NCBI GenBank assembly: GCA_001825395.1
Contig: MHWN01000005.1
Span: forward strand, 1-55,859
Length of the DNA stretch: 55,859 nucleotides
Direction of reading: 5' to 3'
DNA from: Candidatus Zambryskibacteria bacterium RIFCSPLOWO2_02_FULL_39_26
Lineage (GTDB): Bacteria; Patescibacteriota; Minisyncoccia; Phycocordibacterales; DATDWN01
Made by a program: the position numbers and the translations under genes. The notes under the pieces were generated by a model. The model searched no databases. It saw nothing but the letters and a program-made list of their open reading frames with translations, and was not told the origin of the DNA. This document shows positions 36,563 to 45,433 of this stretch, in pieces; the stretch's first letter is position 1; each line of letters starts with the position of its first letter.

Positions 36563-38503
36563 ATGAACAGAAAACGCAATGTCCAGCTGGTTCAGGTAAA
36601 CTACCAGTATGGGCAAAACGTTTTTGTCCCATACTCCGTCGGCTCGCTTCAAGCATACGCCGAAACTGTTCCAGAAATTAGGAACAGTTTCAACTTTCAG
36701 GAACCACTTTTCTTACGAGAAGATCCTGTGAGTGTCGTCCGAAACATGAAAAATCCGACGGTTGTCGGTTTCTCGTGCTACCTCTGGAACTGGGAGTACA
36801 ACACGACTCTAGCCAGAGCTGTGAGGGAAGCCTTTCCCAAAGCACTCATTGTTTTTGGAGGAACGCAGGTGCCAAACGCCTCGGATGGATTTTTCGAAAA
36901 GTATCCATGCGTGGATATTTTAGTCCATCATGAGGGTGAGTTGCCGTTCGCTGATATCCTTCAGGAGTCGCTTTCGGCAAGTCCGGACTATACCAGCATA
37001 ACGGGGTTGAGTGTCAGAGTAGAAGGGGTGGAAACCCTGAAGACTTTGTCGCGCGAGAGGGTGAAAGACTTGTCGATCTTGCCTTCGCCGTACCTTGCTG
37101 GGATCTTTGACTTTATGTTGGGACGAGGATTTTCGCTCAATGTCAGTCAGGAGACCAATCGTGGTTGCCCGTACTCTTGCACGTTCTGTGACTGGGGCGG
37201 AGCCACTTACTCCAAAATGTTTTCTATTGACATAGATCGGATTCTCGCAGAGTTCGACTGGTTCGGTAGAAACAAGGCGGAGTACTTGTTCAATTGTGAT
37301 GCCAACTATGGCATCTTGCCTCGTGATCACGATCTCACCATGAAAATGGTGGAGACTCGCGCGAGGTACAATGGATATCCGAAGAGATTTCGGATGTGCA
37401 CTGCAAAAAACAGCAACGACAAGATCTTTGAAATCGTCAAGATTCTGTCGGATGTTGGAATGAACAAGGGCGCCACGTTGTCGTTTCAGTCCATGGACGA
37501 GGGGACGCTCACGATTGTCAAGAGAAGGAACATCAAGATTACGCAGTTCTCTCACTTGATGGATCGGTACAGGGAAGCGGGGATTGCCACCTACACCGAA
37601 CTTATCTTGGCCATGCCGGGAGAATCTTACCAAAGCACCAAGGATGGCATTGACACTCTGATTGATGGCCAAGACGACAACGTCAACATCTACGTCTATC
37701 CTTGTACAGCGTTACCCAACTCGGAGATGAGTGATCCGAGATACGTTGAGGTGCACCAGATAAAGTCGGTGCGTATGCCGATTCTTCTGGCACACTCAAC
37801 CCCAGAACCGGAGTCACTAACTGAGTACAGCGAGGCGATTGTGGAGACGTCAACCATGTCCCGAGAGGACTGGTGTTGGGCGTACATGTTTTACTGGGCA
37901 GTTCAGGGGTTTCATTGTCTTGGACTGACTCAACACATCGCTATCTTCTTCCACAAGTTTTTCGGTTTGAAGTATAGCGATTTCTACGAGAAGCTTGTTA
38001 ATTACTTCACCGAGAACAAGGAAACGTTTATCGGTGAAGAAGTCGCTCTGACTTGGAACATCGTCAGAGCAGCGCAAGGCGGTGGGCGTCTAGACCGGAT
38101 TCTTCCGCGATTCGGGAATATTTACTGGCCACTGGAGGAGGCCACGTTTCTGAATCTGATTACCTACAAGGAGAAGTCTTACGGAGAGATCCGTGGATTT
38201 CTGAATGTGCTGGTGCGTGATTTGGGTCTGGGCGAGATTGATCCGGTTTTACTCGACGATGTCGTCTTGTACGCATCGTCGAGGATTATTGGTCCGAATC
38301 TTCCGCCAGTATCGATCGAGCTCCATTACAACCTGCATGAGTACTTGAGTAGGTTGCGGGATCCGTCGGTTAGGCTAGAAAAAATGCCGATGAGTCTCAC
38401 TATCAAAGCCGAGACAGATTTTGGTGGAGATCTTGAACGCTACGCTAAGGAAGTTGTGTGGTACGGCAGGAAAGGTGGAAAGTTCCACCATCCTGTTGTC
38501 TAA
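36563..38503 (+). CDS. B12-binding-domain radical SAM enzyme (class B rSAM)
   Basis: N-terminal cobalamin-domain pattern VVGFSCYLWNW...LIVFGGTQVP...HHEGELPFADIL. CX3CX2C cluster motif RGCPYSCTFCDWG. RBS GGGAAGG. About 52% GC in a hand-counted line, against 18-37% in flanking lines. Confidence 0.85.
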   Translation: MNRKRNVQLVQVNYQYGQNVFVPYSVGSLQAYAETVPEIRNSFNFQEPLFLREDPVSVVRNMKNPTVVGFSCYLWNWEYNTTLARAVREAFPKALIVFGGTQVPNASDGFFEKYPCVDILVHHEGELPFADILQESLSASPDYTSITGLSVRVEGVETLKTLSRERVKDLSILPSPYLAGIFDFMLGRGFSLNVSQETNRGCPYSCTFCDWGGATYSKMFSIDIDRILAEFDWFGRNKAEYLFNCDANYGILPRDHDLTMKMVETRARYNGYPKRFRMCTAKNSNDKIFEIVKILSDVGMNKGATLSFQSMDEGTLTIVKRRNIKITQFSHLMDRYREAGIATYTELILAMPGESYQSTKDGIDTLIDGQDDNVNIYVYPCTALPNSEMSDPRYVEVHQIKSVRMPILLAHSTPEPESLTEYSEAIVETSTMSREDWCWAYMFYWAVQGFHCLGLTQHIAIFFHKFFGLKYSDFYEKLVNYFTENKETFIGEEVALTWNIVRAAQGGGRLDRILPRFGNIYWPLEEATFLNLITYKEKSYGEIRGFLNVLVRDLGLGEIDPVLLDDVVLYASSRIIGPNLPPVSIELHYNLHEYLSRLRDPSVRLEKMPMSLTIKAETDFGGDLERYAKEVVWYGRKGGKFHHPVV

Positions 38504-38516
38504 GAGCAACAGGTCC

Positions 38517-39623
38517 TCAAACGTCTAGGTGGGTCACTCCATCTAGACGTTTTTCTAATTCCTTAAACCAAAACAAAGTATATGATGTTTTGGTGGGGTA
38601 TATTATATTACCCAAAATAATTCCTAATTTCTGTTTCCATTTGGGAAGATGAAAAGAAGGGGTAATTTTTATGTCAGGATAAGCAGATAGCAGATCCTTT
38701 TTTGAGGAAAAATTTTCTACTTTTTTTACTACACGTTCAAATGTTTGAATACCCACTTTCTCTAAAGAGATTCTAAAAAGTCTATATACTATCTTATGTC
38801 CTGGTTTTATTTCATCTAATCCAAGAAGATCCATGTCAAGTTTGCAATCATAATTTTTCTCTCCAATGGCAAGTTTTTTATAATTCTCTACTTGAATCGG
38901 TTTAGACATAAAAACATGGACAGTTCCATCATAGACAGGATATTTATGCATAAATTCTGTAAAATTATCAAATTTTTGCTGAAAGACCTCTTTGTATTCG
39001 GGGTTTTTTTCAAACCATTTTGACATATCAGTTGATCTTTGGCCATGCCATCCAAATTGGCCATTCCATACCACACCTCTGTTATTTCCCTCGATGCTGA
39101 ATCTTGAAGCAATTTCAATTGGGGCAAAAACCATGCCCTCTTTTTCTAAATATGGACGAGCAATTTCGCAAACCCACAAGTCTTCAGGATGATAAGAACC
39201 CCCAATTTTTTTGTAATTTTTTACATAATAATCTAGTAATCGTTTACTTCTTATGCTAAAACCACCACTTCCTATCATTGGCTTTCCAAATTGGTACCAT
39301 GGCGCACCGATATAATCATATTTTAGAAAATCTGGATCCCAAGCGGCAGGATTGGCGATGAATGCGTCTGGATGAAAAAATAAAGCATATTTAGTATCAA
39401 CAAATTTACCAACCTCGGAAATGTAATATAAGGAATATTTCTGCCAATCATTAAGTAGTTCTGGCACAGGAACTACTCTCGGATCGTCTGATGGAATTGA
39501 AGAAAGAATCTTCACTGCGCCGAAAGAAAATTCTCTTTCACAGATGTCAGCTGCAACTAAAGTTTGTTTTAGATTGACACAGTCAAAAGTGATCAGGGTT
39601 ACATTCGGTAAATGTTTTTTCAT
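38517..39623 (-). CDS. hypothetical protein (possibly DUF5672-like nucleotide-sugar transferase fold)
   Basis: 368-aa ORF. N-terminus NVTLITFDCVNL...ICEREFSFGAVKILSS. The family call is from memory only. The C-terminal 12 codons are read out of the foreign terminator. Confidence 0.4.
   Translation of the reverse strand: MKKHLPNVTLITFDCVNLKQTLVAADICEREFSFGAVKILSSIPSDDPRVVPVPELLNDWQKYSLYYISEVGKFVDTKYALFFHPDAFIANPAAWDPDFLKYDYIGAPWYQFGKPMIGSGGFSIRSKRLLDYYVKNYKKIGGSYHPEDLWVCEIARPYLEKEGMVFAPIEIASRFSIEGNNRGVVWNGQFGWHGQRSTDMSKWFEKNPEYKEVFQQKFDNFTEFMHKYPVYDGTVHVFMSKPIQVENYKKLAIGEKNYDCKLDMDLLGLDEIKPGHKIVYRLFRISLEKVGIQTFERVVKKVENFSSKKDLLSAYPDIKITPSFHLPKWKQKLGIILGNIIYPTKTSYTLFWFKELEKRLDGVTHLDV
38519..38554 (+). 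terminator. intrinsic terminator of the radical SAM gene
   Basis: AAACGTCTAG-(14 nt)-CTAGACGTTT followed by TT. Overlaps the last codons of the convergent ORF. Confidence 0.7.
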
Positions 39624-39632
39624 TTTATTAAT

Positions 39633-40898
39633 TTATGTCGTCTCTCGAGACGCTCGATTATAGAGAAGGATATTTGTTGTGCTCCAACATATTTTTGTGA
39701 TTACTCGAGCCAGGACTAATCCAATAAGTCCCCAATATAGTATACCGACAAATAGTAAAACAATTTGTATTATTGTACCTAAAATAGTTCCTATATATTG
39801 TTCCTTAATTCTTTCTCTTATTATCAGATAAACTTCAGCGGGGGAAGATATCATACCCAAAAAGTAAAAAACAAATATTTGAGAATAAAAAATAGAATCA
39901 GTATATTTTGGAAATAAAATATGGAAAATGTATGGAGCCAGCACAATGTAAGTTATTATTATAACAATACTGGAAATAAAAAGTAAAAAATATTTATTTT
40001 TCATACCGTGTCGGATTTCTTTATCACTGCGCTCGGCGAATTTCGGAAAAATTAAACTGGCCAAACCTTTCATAGGTCCTTTTATTTGGTTGGGGATAGC
40101 GATGGCAAAGTTGTATATTGCCAGTTGAGCAGGTCCAATATAGTGAAAAACTAGTACTTGATCTATATTATCTACAATTGTTCCTAAAATATTTATTATA
40201 CTTAAATGTTTACTATAACCAAGGGCTCCCGAGTCCACTTTGTCGTTTGGTTTATAAATTTTTAAGACTCTTAAATAAAGAATTAGCCCAATCAATGTGT
40301 TGGAAGTAAAATAAACAGCCACAAACCATATAGGTTTGTTAGTTATGAGCATTGTTATAAAAAGGCAAAATGCGGGAAAAACATTTCCTATAAGATTAAA
40401 ATAAATTGAACTTCGCTTGAAATCCTTTTTTGCTACGAGGAAAGAGTTGTATAAGTTAGTACTGGCTATAAATGGTGAGAAAGATCCGACCACTAGCATT
40501 GATATAGCCAAAGAGATATTTTCATTTACAAAATAATAAATTGAAATACCAAGAATTACCAAAAAAAACAAAACACTCCACTTTATATTTTTCCAAAAGA
40601 TATCGTTTAACGTTCCTTCAAAACCACCTGTCACGGATTTCATAACTGCCGTACCAAGTCCAGTCAGAGTGAACACTCCAAGAATGTTTGCCAGTGATAG
40701 TATAAATTTATACTGACCATAAGTTTCTTTTGAAATAAAATAAGCGAATGCCATTGCCAGGAGGAGGGTGGAAACGGTAACAATTATCTGGCTGAAAATA
40801 GACCAAAAACCACCCTTAACTAGATAAACCATGTCGGTTTTGGTGTAGCGTTCCAAATATCTCAGGCCATTTATACCCTTATTTTTTAATACCTCCAT
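39633..40898 (-). CDS. Wzx-type oligosaccharide flippase (MOP superfamily)
   Basis: 421 aa with about 12 TM segments, the usual polysaccharide-biosynthesis-protein layout. Confidence 0.7.
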   Translation of the reverse strand: MEVLKNKGINGLRYLERYTKTDMVYLVKGGFWSIFSQIIVTVSTLLLAMAFAYFISKETYGQYKFILSLANILGVFTLTGLGTAVMKSVTGGFEGTLNDIFWKNIKWSVLFFLVILGISIYYFVNENISLAISMLVVGSFSPFIASTNLYNSFLVAKKDFKRSSIYFNLIGNVFPAFCLFITMLITNKPIWFVAVYFTSNTLIGLILYLRVLKIYKPNDKVDSGALGYSKHLSIINILGTIVDNIDQVLVFHYIGPAQLAIYNFAIAIPNQIKGPMKGLASLIFPKFAERSDKEIRHGMKNKYFLLFISSIVIIITYIVLAPYIFHILFPKYTDSIFYSQIFVFYFLGMISSPAEVYLIIRERIKEQYIGTILGTIIQIVLLFVGILYWGLIGLVLARVITKICWSTTNILLYNRASRETT

Positions 40899-41021
40899 AA
40901 TCGTGTGTATGATATCACAAGGGCGGTATTTTACTAGAATATTAATGATTTGAAGATACTAGTAGTTACTTATATCCAAGGATTTGGTTAATTAATCAGG
41001 TAATGCTAATATGATTCAATT

Positions 41022-41879
41022 ATGCATGATAATTCTCGGGAAATCCTATCCAAGGTTTTGATTACTGGTGCAAATGGCGTTGTTGGAAGTTATATAGATT
41101 TTGGTATTAAATTGGACCATCGCTCGCTTGATATTACTGATTTAAATGAGGTACTTTCCGTGGTTTCTAAACATTCCCCGAAGTTTATTGTTCATTTGGC
41201 TGCTGAAACCGACGTTGAACGTTGTGAAAGGGATCCACAGCACGCCTACATTGTCAATTCAATTGGAACTTATAATATTGCTTTAGCCGCCAAAAGTGTC
41301 GGAGCCAAAATGATTTACATTTCAACCTCGGCAGTTTTTGACGGGTTAGATGGTCCTTATACAGAAAATGATGCGTGTAATCCTCAAAGTTATTACGCAA
41401 AATCAAAGTTTCTAGGAGAATTGATTGTTCAGGGTGTTTTAGATGACTATGTTATCGGTCGAGCATGCTGGATGTTTGGTGGGGGGAGCAAACTTGATAA
41501 AAAATTTATCTCAGCAATTATTCAGAAAATGAGAGAACCAGAAATAAAAGTTGTAAAAAAAAGATTTGGCTCACCAACTTATGCCAAAGATTTGGCGGGA
41601 GCCATAAAAAAAATGATTCTAAATAACGATAAGGGAATTTTTCACATTTCTAATGGAGGTAATCCATCAAGGGTGGATATTACCAAGGAAATTGTTAAAA
41701 TAACAGGCTCGGCTACAAAAATTACTGAAGTTGAGCCAAGTTTTTTTAGTCACGTTTATTCAGACCAGAAGGAAAATAATGAAGGCATGCTATCAAAAGT
41801 TAAAATTATGAGGTCATGGCAAGATGCTTTGAAAGATTATATAAAAGAAGAATGGTCAGATTATATAATGAAAAGATAA
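41022..41879 (+). CDS. dTDP-4-dehydrorhamnose reductase-like NDP-sugar 4-ketoreductase (RmlD family)
   Basis: VLITGANGVVGSY...LDITD...IVHLAAETDVERCERDP...YAKSK. Confidence 0.7.
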   Translation: MHDNSREILSKVLITGANGVVGSYIDFGIKLDHRSLDITDLNEVLSVVSKHSPKFIVHLAAETDVERCERDPQHAYIVNSIGTYNIALAAKSVGAKMIYISTSAVFDGLDGPYTENDACNPQSYYAKSKFLGELIVQGVLDDYVIGRACWMFGGGSKLDKKFISAIIQKMREPEIKVVKKRFGSPTYAKDLAGAIKKMILNNDKGIFHISNGGNPSRVDITKEIVKITGSATKITEVEPSFFSHVYSDQKENNEGMLSKVKIMRSWQDALKDYIKEEWSDYIMKR

Positions 41880-43108
41880 TGAAAATTTACTATCGCAGAA
41901 ATAATTGCCGTGTTTGCAATTCAACAAACTTAACCAAGGTTCTGGATTTAAATAAAACTCCTCTAGCAAATGCATTCGTAAGCAAGGAAAACTTGAAAAA
42001 GAAAGAAAAAACTTTCCCCCTTTCAGTTTATTTTTGTAACAACTGCTCGCTTGTTCAGATTCCTGATGTGGTTAATCCCGAGATATTGTTTAGCGATTAT
42101 TATTTCATAACAGCATCAAGCTCGCCACTGATAGACCATTTTAAAAAATATGGAGAAGAAATTATTAAAAAATTTATTAAGTCAAAGAGCGATCTTGTTA
42201 TAGATATTGGGGGAAATGATGCAACGTTACTTAACGAATTAAAAAATGACTGCAAAGTGTTAAATATCGAACCGGCAAAAAATATCGCGGAAATCTCGAA
42301 AAAGAGGGGAATTGAAACAATAAACCAATTTTTTTCAAAAAAAGTCGCAAAAGGTATTATAAAAAAATACGGGCATGCAACAGTGGTGACTGCAAACAAT
42401 ATCATTGCTCATACAGACACTGTCAGGGAATTATTTGAAGGAGTGGGGGATATTATCGGTGATAAAGGTGTATTTATATTTGAAGCTCATTGGGTTAAAA
42501 ATCTTCTTGTAGAGGGTTGTTTTGATCAGATTTATCATGAACACCTTTGCTACTATTCTCTTCATGCAATCAAATATTTAGCAAATTCCGTTGGTCTGTC
42601 TATTTTTGATGTAAAGACAGTTCCGACCCAAGGGCAATCACTTAGAGTATATGTGGCAAAAAATAAAAAACCCTTACCTTCTGTTTCTAAGTTTATAAAA
42701 ATTGAGCAAAAAAATGGTCTACATGAGGTAAAAACATTTGCAGATTTTTCCAAAAATGTAATTAAAAATAAAGCTAATACGGTAAAGTTGTTAAACGATT
42801 TAAAATCAAAAAACAAAAAAATAGTCGGTTACGGGGCTCCGGCAAAAGGCACTACACTTTTAAATTTTTATGAAGTTGGTCCGAAAATAATCGACTATAT
42901 TATTGATACTACTCCCATAAAGCAAGGCTTATATGTGCCCGGTGTTCATATTCCCATTTATCATCCAGAAAAACTCTACCAATCCAAACCTGATTACATA
43001 CTGCTTCTGGCCTGGAATTATGCCGATACTATTCTTGAAAAAGAAAAGGACCTAAGGGAAATGGGAGTGAAGTTTATCATCCCGGTTCCAGAAGTAAAAA
43101 TTGTCTAA
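41879..43108 (+). CDS. NDP-hexose C-methyltransferase (TylC3-like: Zn-ribbon + class I MTase + C-methyltransferase C-terminal domain)
   Basis: CRVCNS...CNNCSLVQ zinc motif and a VIDIGGNDATLL SAM motif. The start ATG overlaps the RmlD-like stop (TAATG). Confidence 0.7.
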   Translation: MKIYYRRNNCRVCNSTNLTKVLDLNKTPLANAFVSKENLKKKEKTFPLSVYFCNNCSLVQIPDVVNPEILFSDYYFITASSSPLIDHFKKYGEEIIKKFIKSKSDLVIDIGGNDATLLNELKNDCKVLNIEPAKNIAEISKKRGIETINQFFSKKVAKGIIKKYGHATVVTANNIIAHTDTVRELFEGVGDIIGDKGVFIFEAHWVKNLLVEGCFDQIYHEHLCYYSLHAIKYLANSVGLSIFDVKTVPTQGQSLRVYVAKNKKPLPSVSKFIKIEQKNGLHEVKTFADFSKNVIKNKANTVKLLNDLKSKNKKIVGYGAPAKGTTLLNFYEVGPKIIDYIIDTTPIKQGLYVPGVHIPIYHPEKLYQSKPDYILLLAWNYADTILEKEKDLREMGVKFIIPVPEVKIV

Positions 43109-43152
43109 TTTTTTAACTGGCGCAGATAAAAGTCATTTGTTATACTGTTCAA

Positions 43153-45321
43153 ATGACAAAAAAAATTCTTAATTATTCCGTGCTCACTGGTTTGTTTTTG
43201 ATCCCTTTTATCGGTTTTATTGTCCCCGGCGCAATGTTCTTCCCGTTTATATCTGGCAAAGGTTTTACCTTTAGAATTTTGGTTGAAATAATTTTTGGTC
43301 TGTGGATTATTCTAGCCTTTCTTGACGCCCAGTATCGGCCGAAAATGTCTTGGATTACCAAATCAGTTTTGTTTTTTGTCGTGGCCATTTTTGTTTCAGA
43401 TCTTTTAAGCGCCAATCCTTACAAGAGTTTTTGGAGCAATTACGAGCGAATGGAAGGCTTTGTCCTGATCATTCACTTGGTTGCCTATTATTTTGTGGCT
43501 TCTTCTGTCTTAATAAAACAAAACTGGAATCGATTGTTTAATGCGACCATCTTAGCCAGTGTATTGATGTCTTTCTATGGCCTATTTCAACTTTTCGGTT
43601 GGGCTACGATCAATCAAGGTGGAGTTCGGGTTGATGCCACTTTCGGCAATTCCACATATTTCGCCATTTATCTTGTTTTCCATATTTTTCTATGCCTTTT
43701 TATGTTCCTCAAAGAGGCCAGAAGTTGGCAAAAATGGCTTTATGGTTCAGTGGCTCTTTTTGAAATTATAATTCTCTATTTTACAGCCACTCGAGGGGCC
43801 ATCCTAGGCTTTCTAGGCGGACTTTTTATCGTCAGTCTTTTCTTGGCCTGGAGAGAGCGAGAAAATAAAACTTTGCGCAAAATTTCCTACGGAATTATAA
43901 GCGGTTTTATCATTTTAATTGTCGGATTTATTTCTTTGCGTAATACAACTTTGGTTCAAAACAGTCCGGTTTTGTCTCGTTTTTCTCATTTGGGTTTGTC
44001 AGAATTTCAATCTCAAGGAAGATATTTTGTTTGGCCGATGGCTATAAAAGGTTTTGCCGAACGTCCCTTGCTCGGTTGGGGGCAGGAGAGTTTTAACTTC
44101 GTTTTTAACAAATATTACGACCCCGGACTTTATGGTCAGGAAGAATGGTTTGATCGCACTCACGACATTTTTCTGGATTGGCTGATTGCCGGCGGGATTG
44201 TGGGCTTTTTGGCCTATGCCAGCATGTATTTGACCCTTTTCTACTACATCTGGAGAAAAAATAGTATTTTGCAATTTTCCGAGAAAAGTGTTCTGACCGC
44301 CATGATGGTAGCTTATATTTTTCATAACATTTTCGTTTTTGACAATCTCATAAGCTATATTCTTTTCTTCACTTTTTTGGCTTATGTCCATTCTATAAGT
44401 GTGGAAAAGGCAGAAACTAATTCCAAATTCTACACCAAAATATTTAGAAACAACATCTCTAATTTTATAATCACTCCTATAGTGATTATTCTTACCGCAA
44501 TGACAATATATTACGTTAATATTCCAGCCATAAAAGCCAACAAAACTTTAATCCAAGCCATCAATATTAACGGATTGGCAGAATTAGAAAAGCATCTGGA
44601 ATTATTTAAAAAAGTTTTTGCTTACAATAGTTTTGGCAGTAGTGAGGCCTTGGAGCAATTAGCCCAATTCACTTCAAATGTATTTTCTTCTCAAGCTCCG
44701 GACAATATAAAACAGCAATTTTACGATTTCACCAGGGGAAAAATTGAAGAAAAAGTGGCAAAAACTCCAAAAGACGCCAGATATCTTGTTTTTGCCGGCA
44801 GTTTTTTCAATCGCTTCGGCCAATACGACCAAGCTGTAAAATATTTAGAAAGAGCGCTGCAAGAATCTCCCAAAAAACAGTCAATTTATTTTGAACTGGG
44901 GACTTCGTATATAGGTCAGGGCAATAACCAAAAAATGTTTGAACTTTTCAAACAAGCTTATGAATTAAACCCGCAATCAAAAGAATCAAGAATTATTTAC
45001 ACTATCGGAGCGATTTACACAAAAAACTCCGCAGTCTTGAAGGAAATGGCTACTTTCATAGACCAAGATACCATTATTTTTGACAACAGGTTTTTAACTA
45101 CTTACGTCAGAATAGGCGATTATAACAGCGTTATAAACATTTTATCCGCCAGGATTCAAAAGGATCCAAACAATAAACAAAACAAATTAGATCTTGCCTC
45201 AACTTACGTCAATTTAGGCCAAAAACAACAAGCCATAGACATAATCAGTCAAATGATAAAAGACGATCCTAGCTTTAAGGCCGAGGGGGAGGGTTACATC
45301 AAGCAAATCCAGAATAGTTGA
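43153..45321 (+). CDS. O-antigen ligase/polymerase (Wzy_C) domain membrane protein fused to C-terminal TPR repeats
   Basis: Polytopic N-terminal half containing YFTATRGAILGFLGG. C-terminal TPR-like AVKYLERALQESPKKQSIYFELGTSY... Confidence 0.75.
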   Translation: MTKKILNYSVLTGLFLIPFIGFIVPGAMFFPFISGKGFTFRILVEIIFGLWIILAFLDAQYRPKMSWITKSVLFFVVAIFVSDLLSANPYKSFWSNYERMEGFVLIIHLVAYYFVASSVLIKQNWNRLFNATILASVLMSFYGLFQLFGWATINQGGVRVDATFGNSTYFAIYLVFHIFLCLFMFLKEARSWQKWLYGSVALFEIIILYFTATRGAILGFLGGLFIVSLFLAWRERENKTLRKISYGIISGFIILIVGFISLRNTTLVQNSPVLSRFSHLGLSEFQSQGRYFVWPMAIKGFAERPLLGWGQESFNFVFNKYYDPGLYGQEEWFDRTHDIFLDWLIAGGIVGFLAYASMYLTLFYYIWRKNSILQFSEKSVLTAMMVAYIFHNIFVFDNLISYILFFTFLAYVHSISVEKAETNSKFYTKIFRNNISNFIITPIVIILTAMTIYYVNIPAIKANKTLIQAININGLAELEKHLELFKKVFAYNSFGSSEALEQLAQFTSNVFSSQAPDNIKQQFYDFTRGKIEEKVAKTPKDARYLVFAGSFFNRFGQYDQAVKYLERALQESPKKQSIYFELGTSYIGQGNNQKMFELFKQAYELNPQSKESRIIYTIGAIYTKNSAVLKEMATFIDQDTIIFDNRFLTTYVRIGDYNSVINILSARIQKDPNNKQNKLDLASTYVNLGQKQQAIDIISQMIKDDPSFKAEGEGYIKQIQNS

Positions 45322-45433
45322 TTTTTAGATTTAAAATTTTAAATTATACCATTTACCAACGATCGCGGTTTAATGGTATGATTTAAAATTAACTAGGTTT
45401 GCATTTAATGTAAACCTATGGTATGATACCCAT

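Noticed and set aside
36920-37672. 250-aa antisense ORF (plus 37696-37887 and 37850-38077) inside the radical SAM gene
   Set aside because: These are shadow ORFs, expected on the opposite strand of a GC-rich gene. The sense frame carries clear B12-domain and CX3CX2C motifs, and the antisense products are low-complexity and R/S/P-rich.
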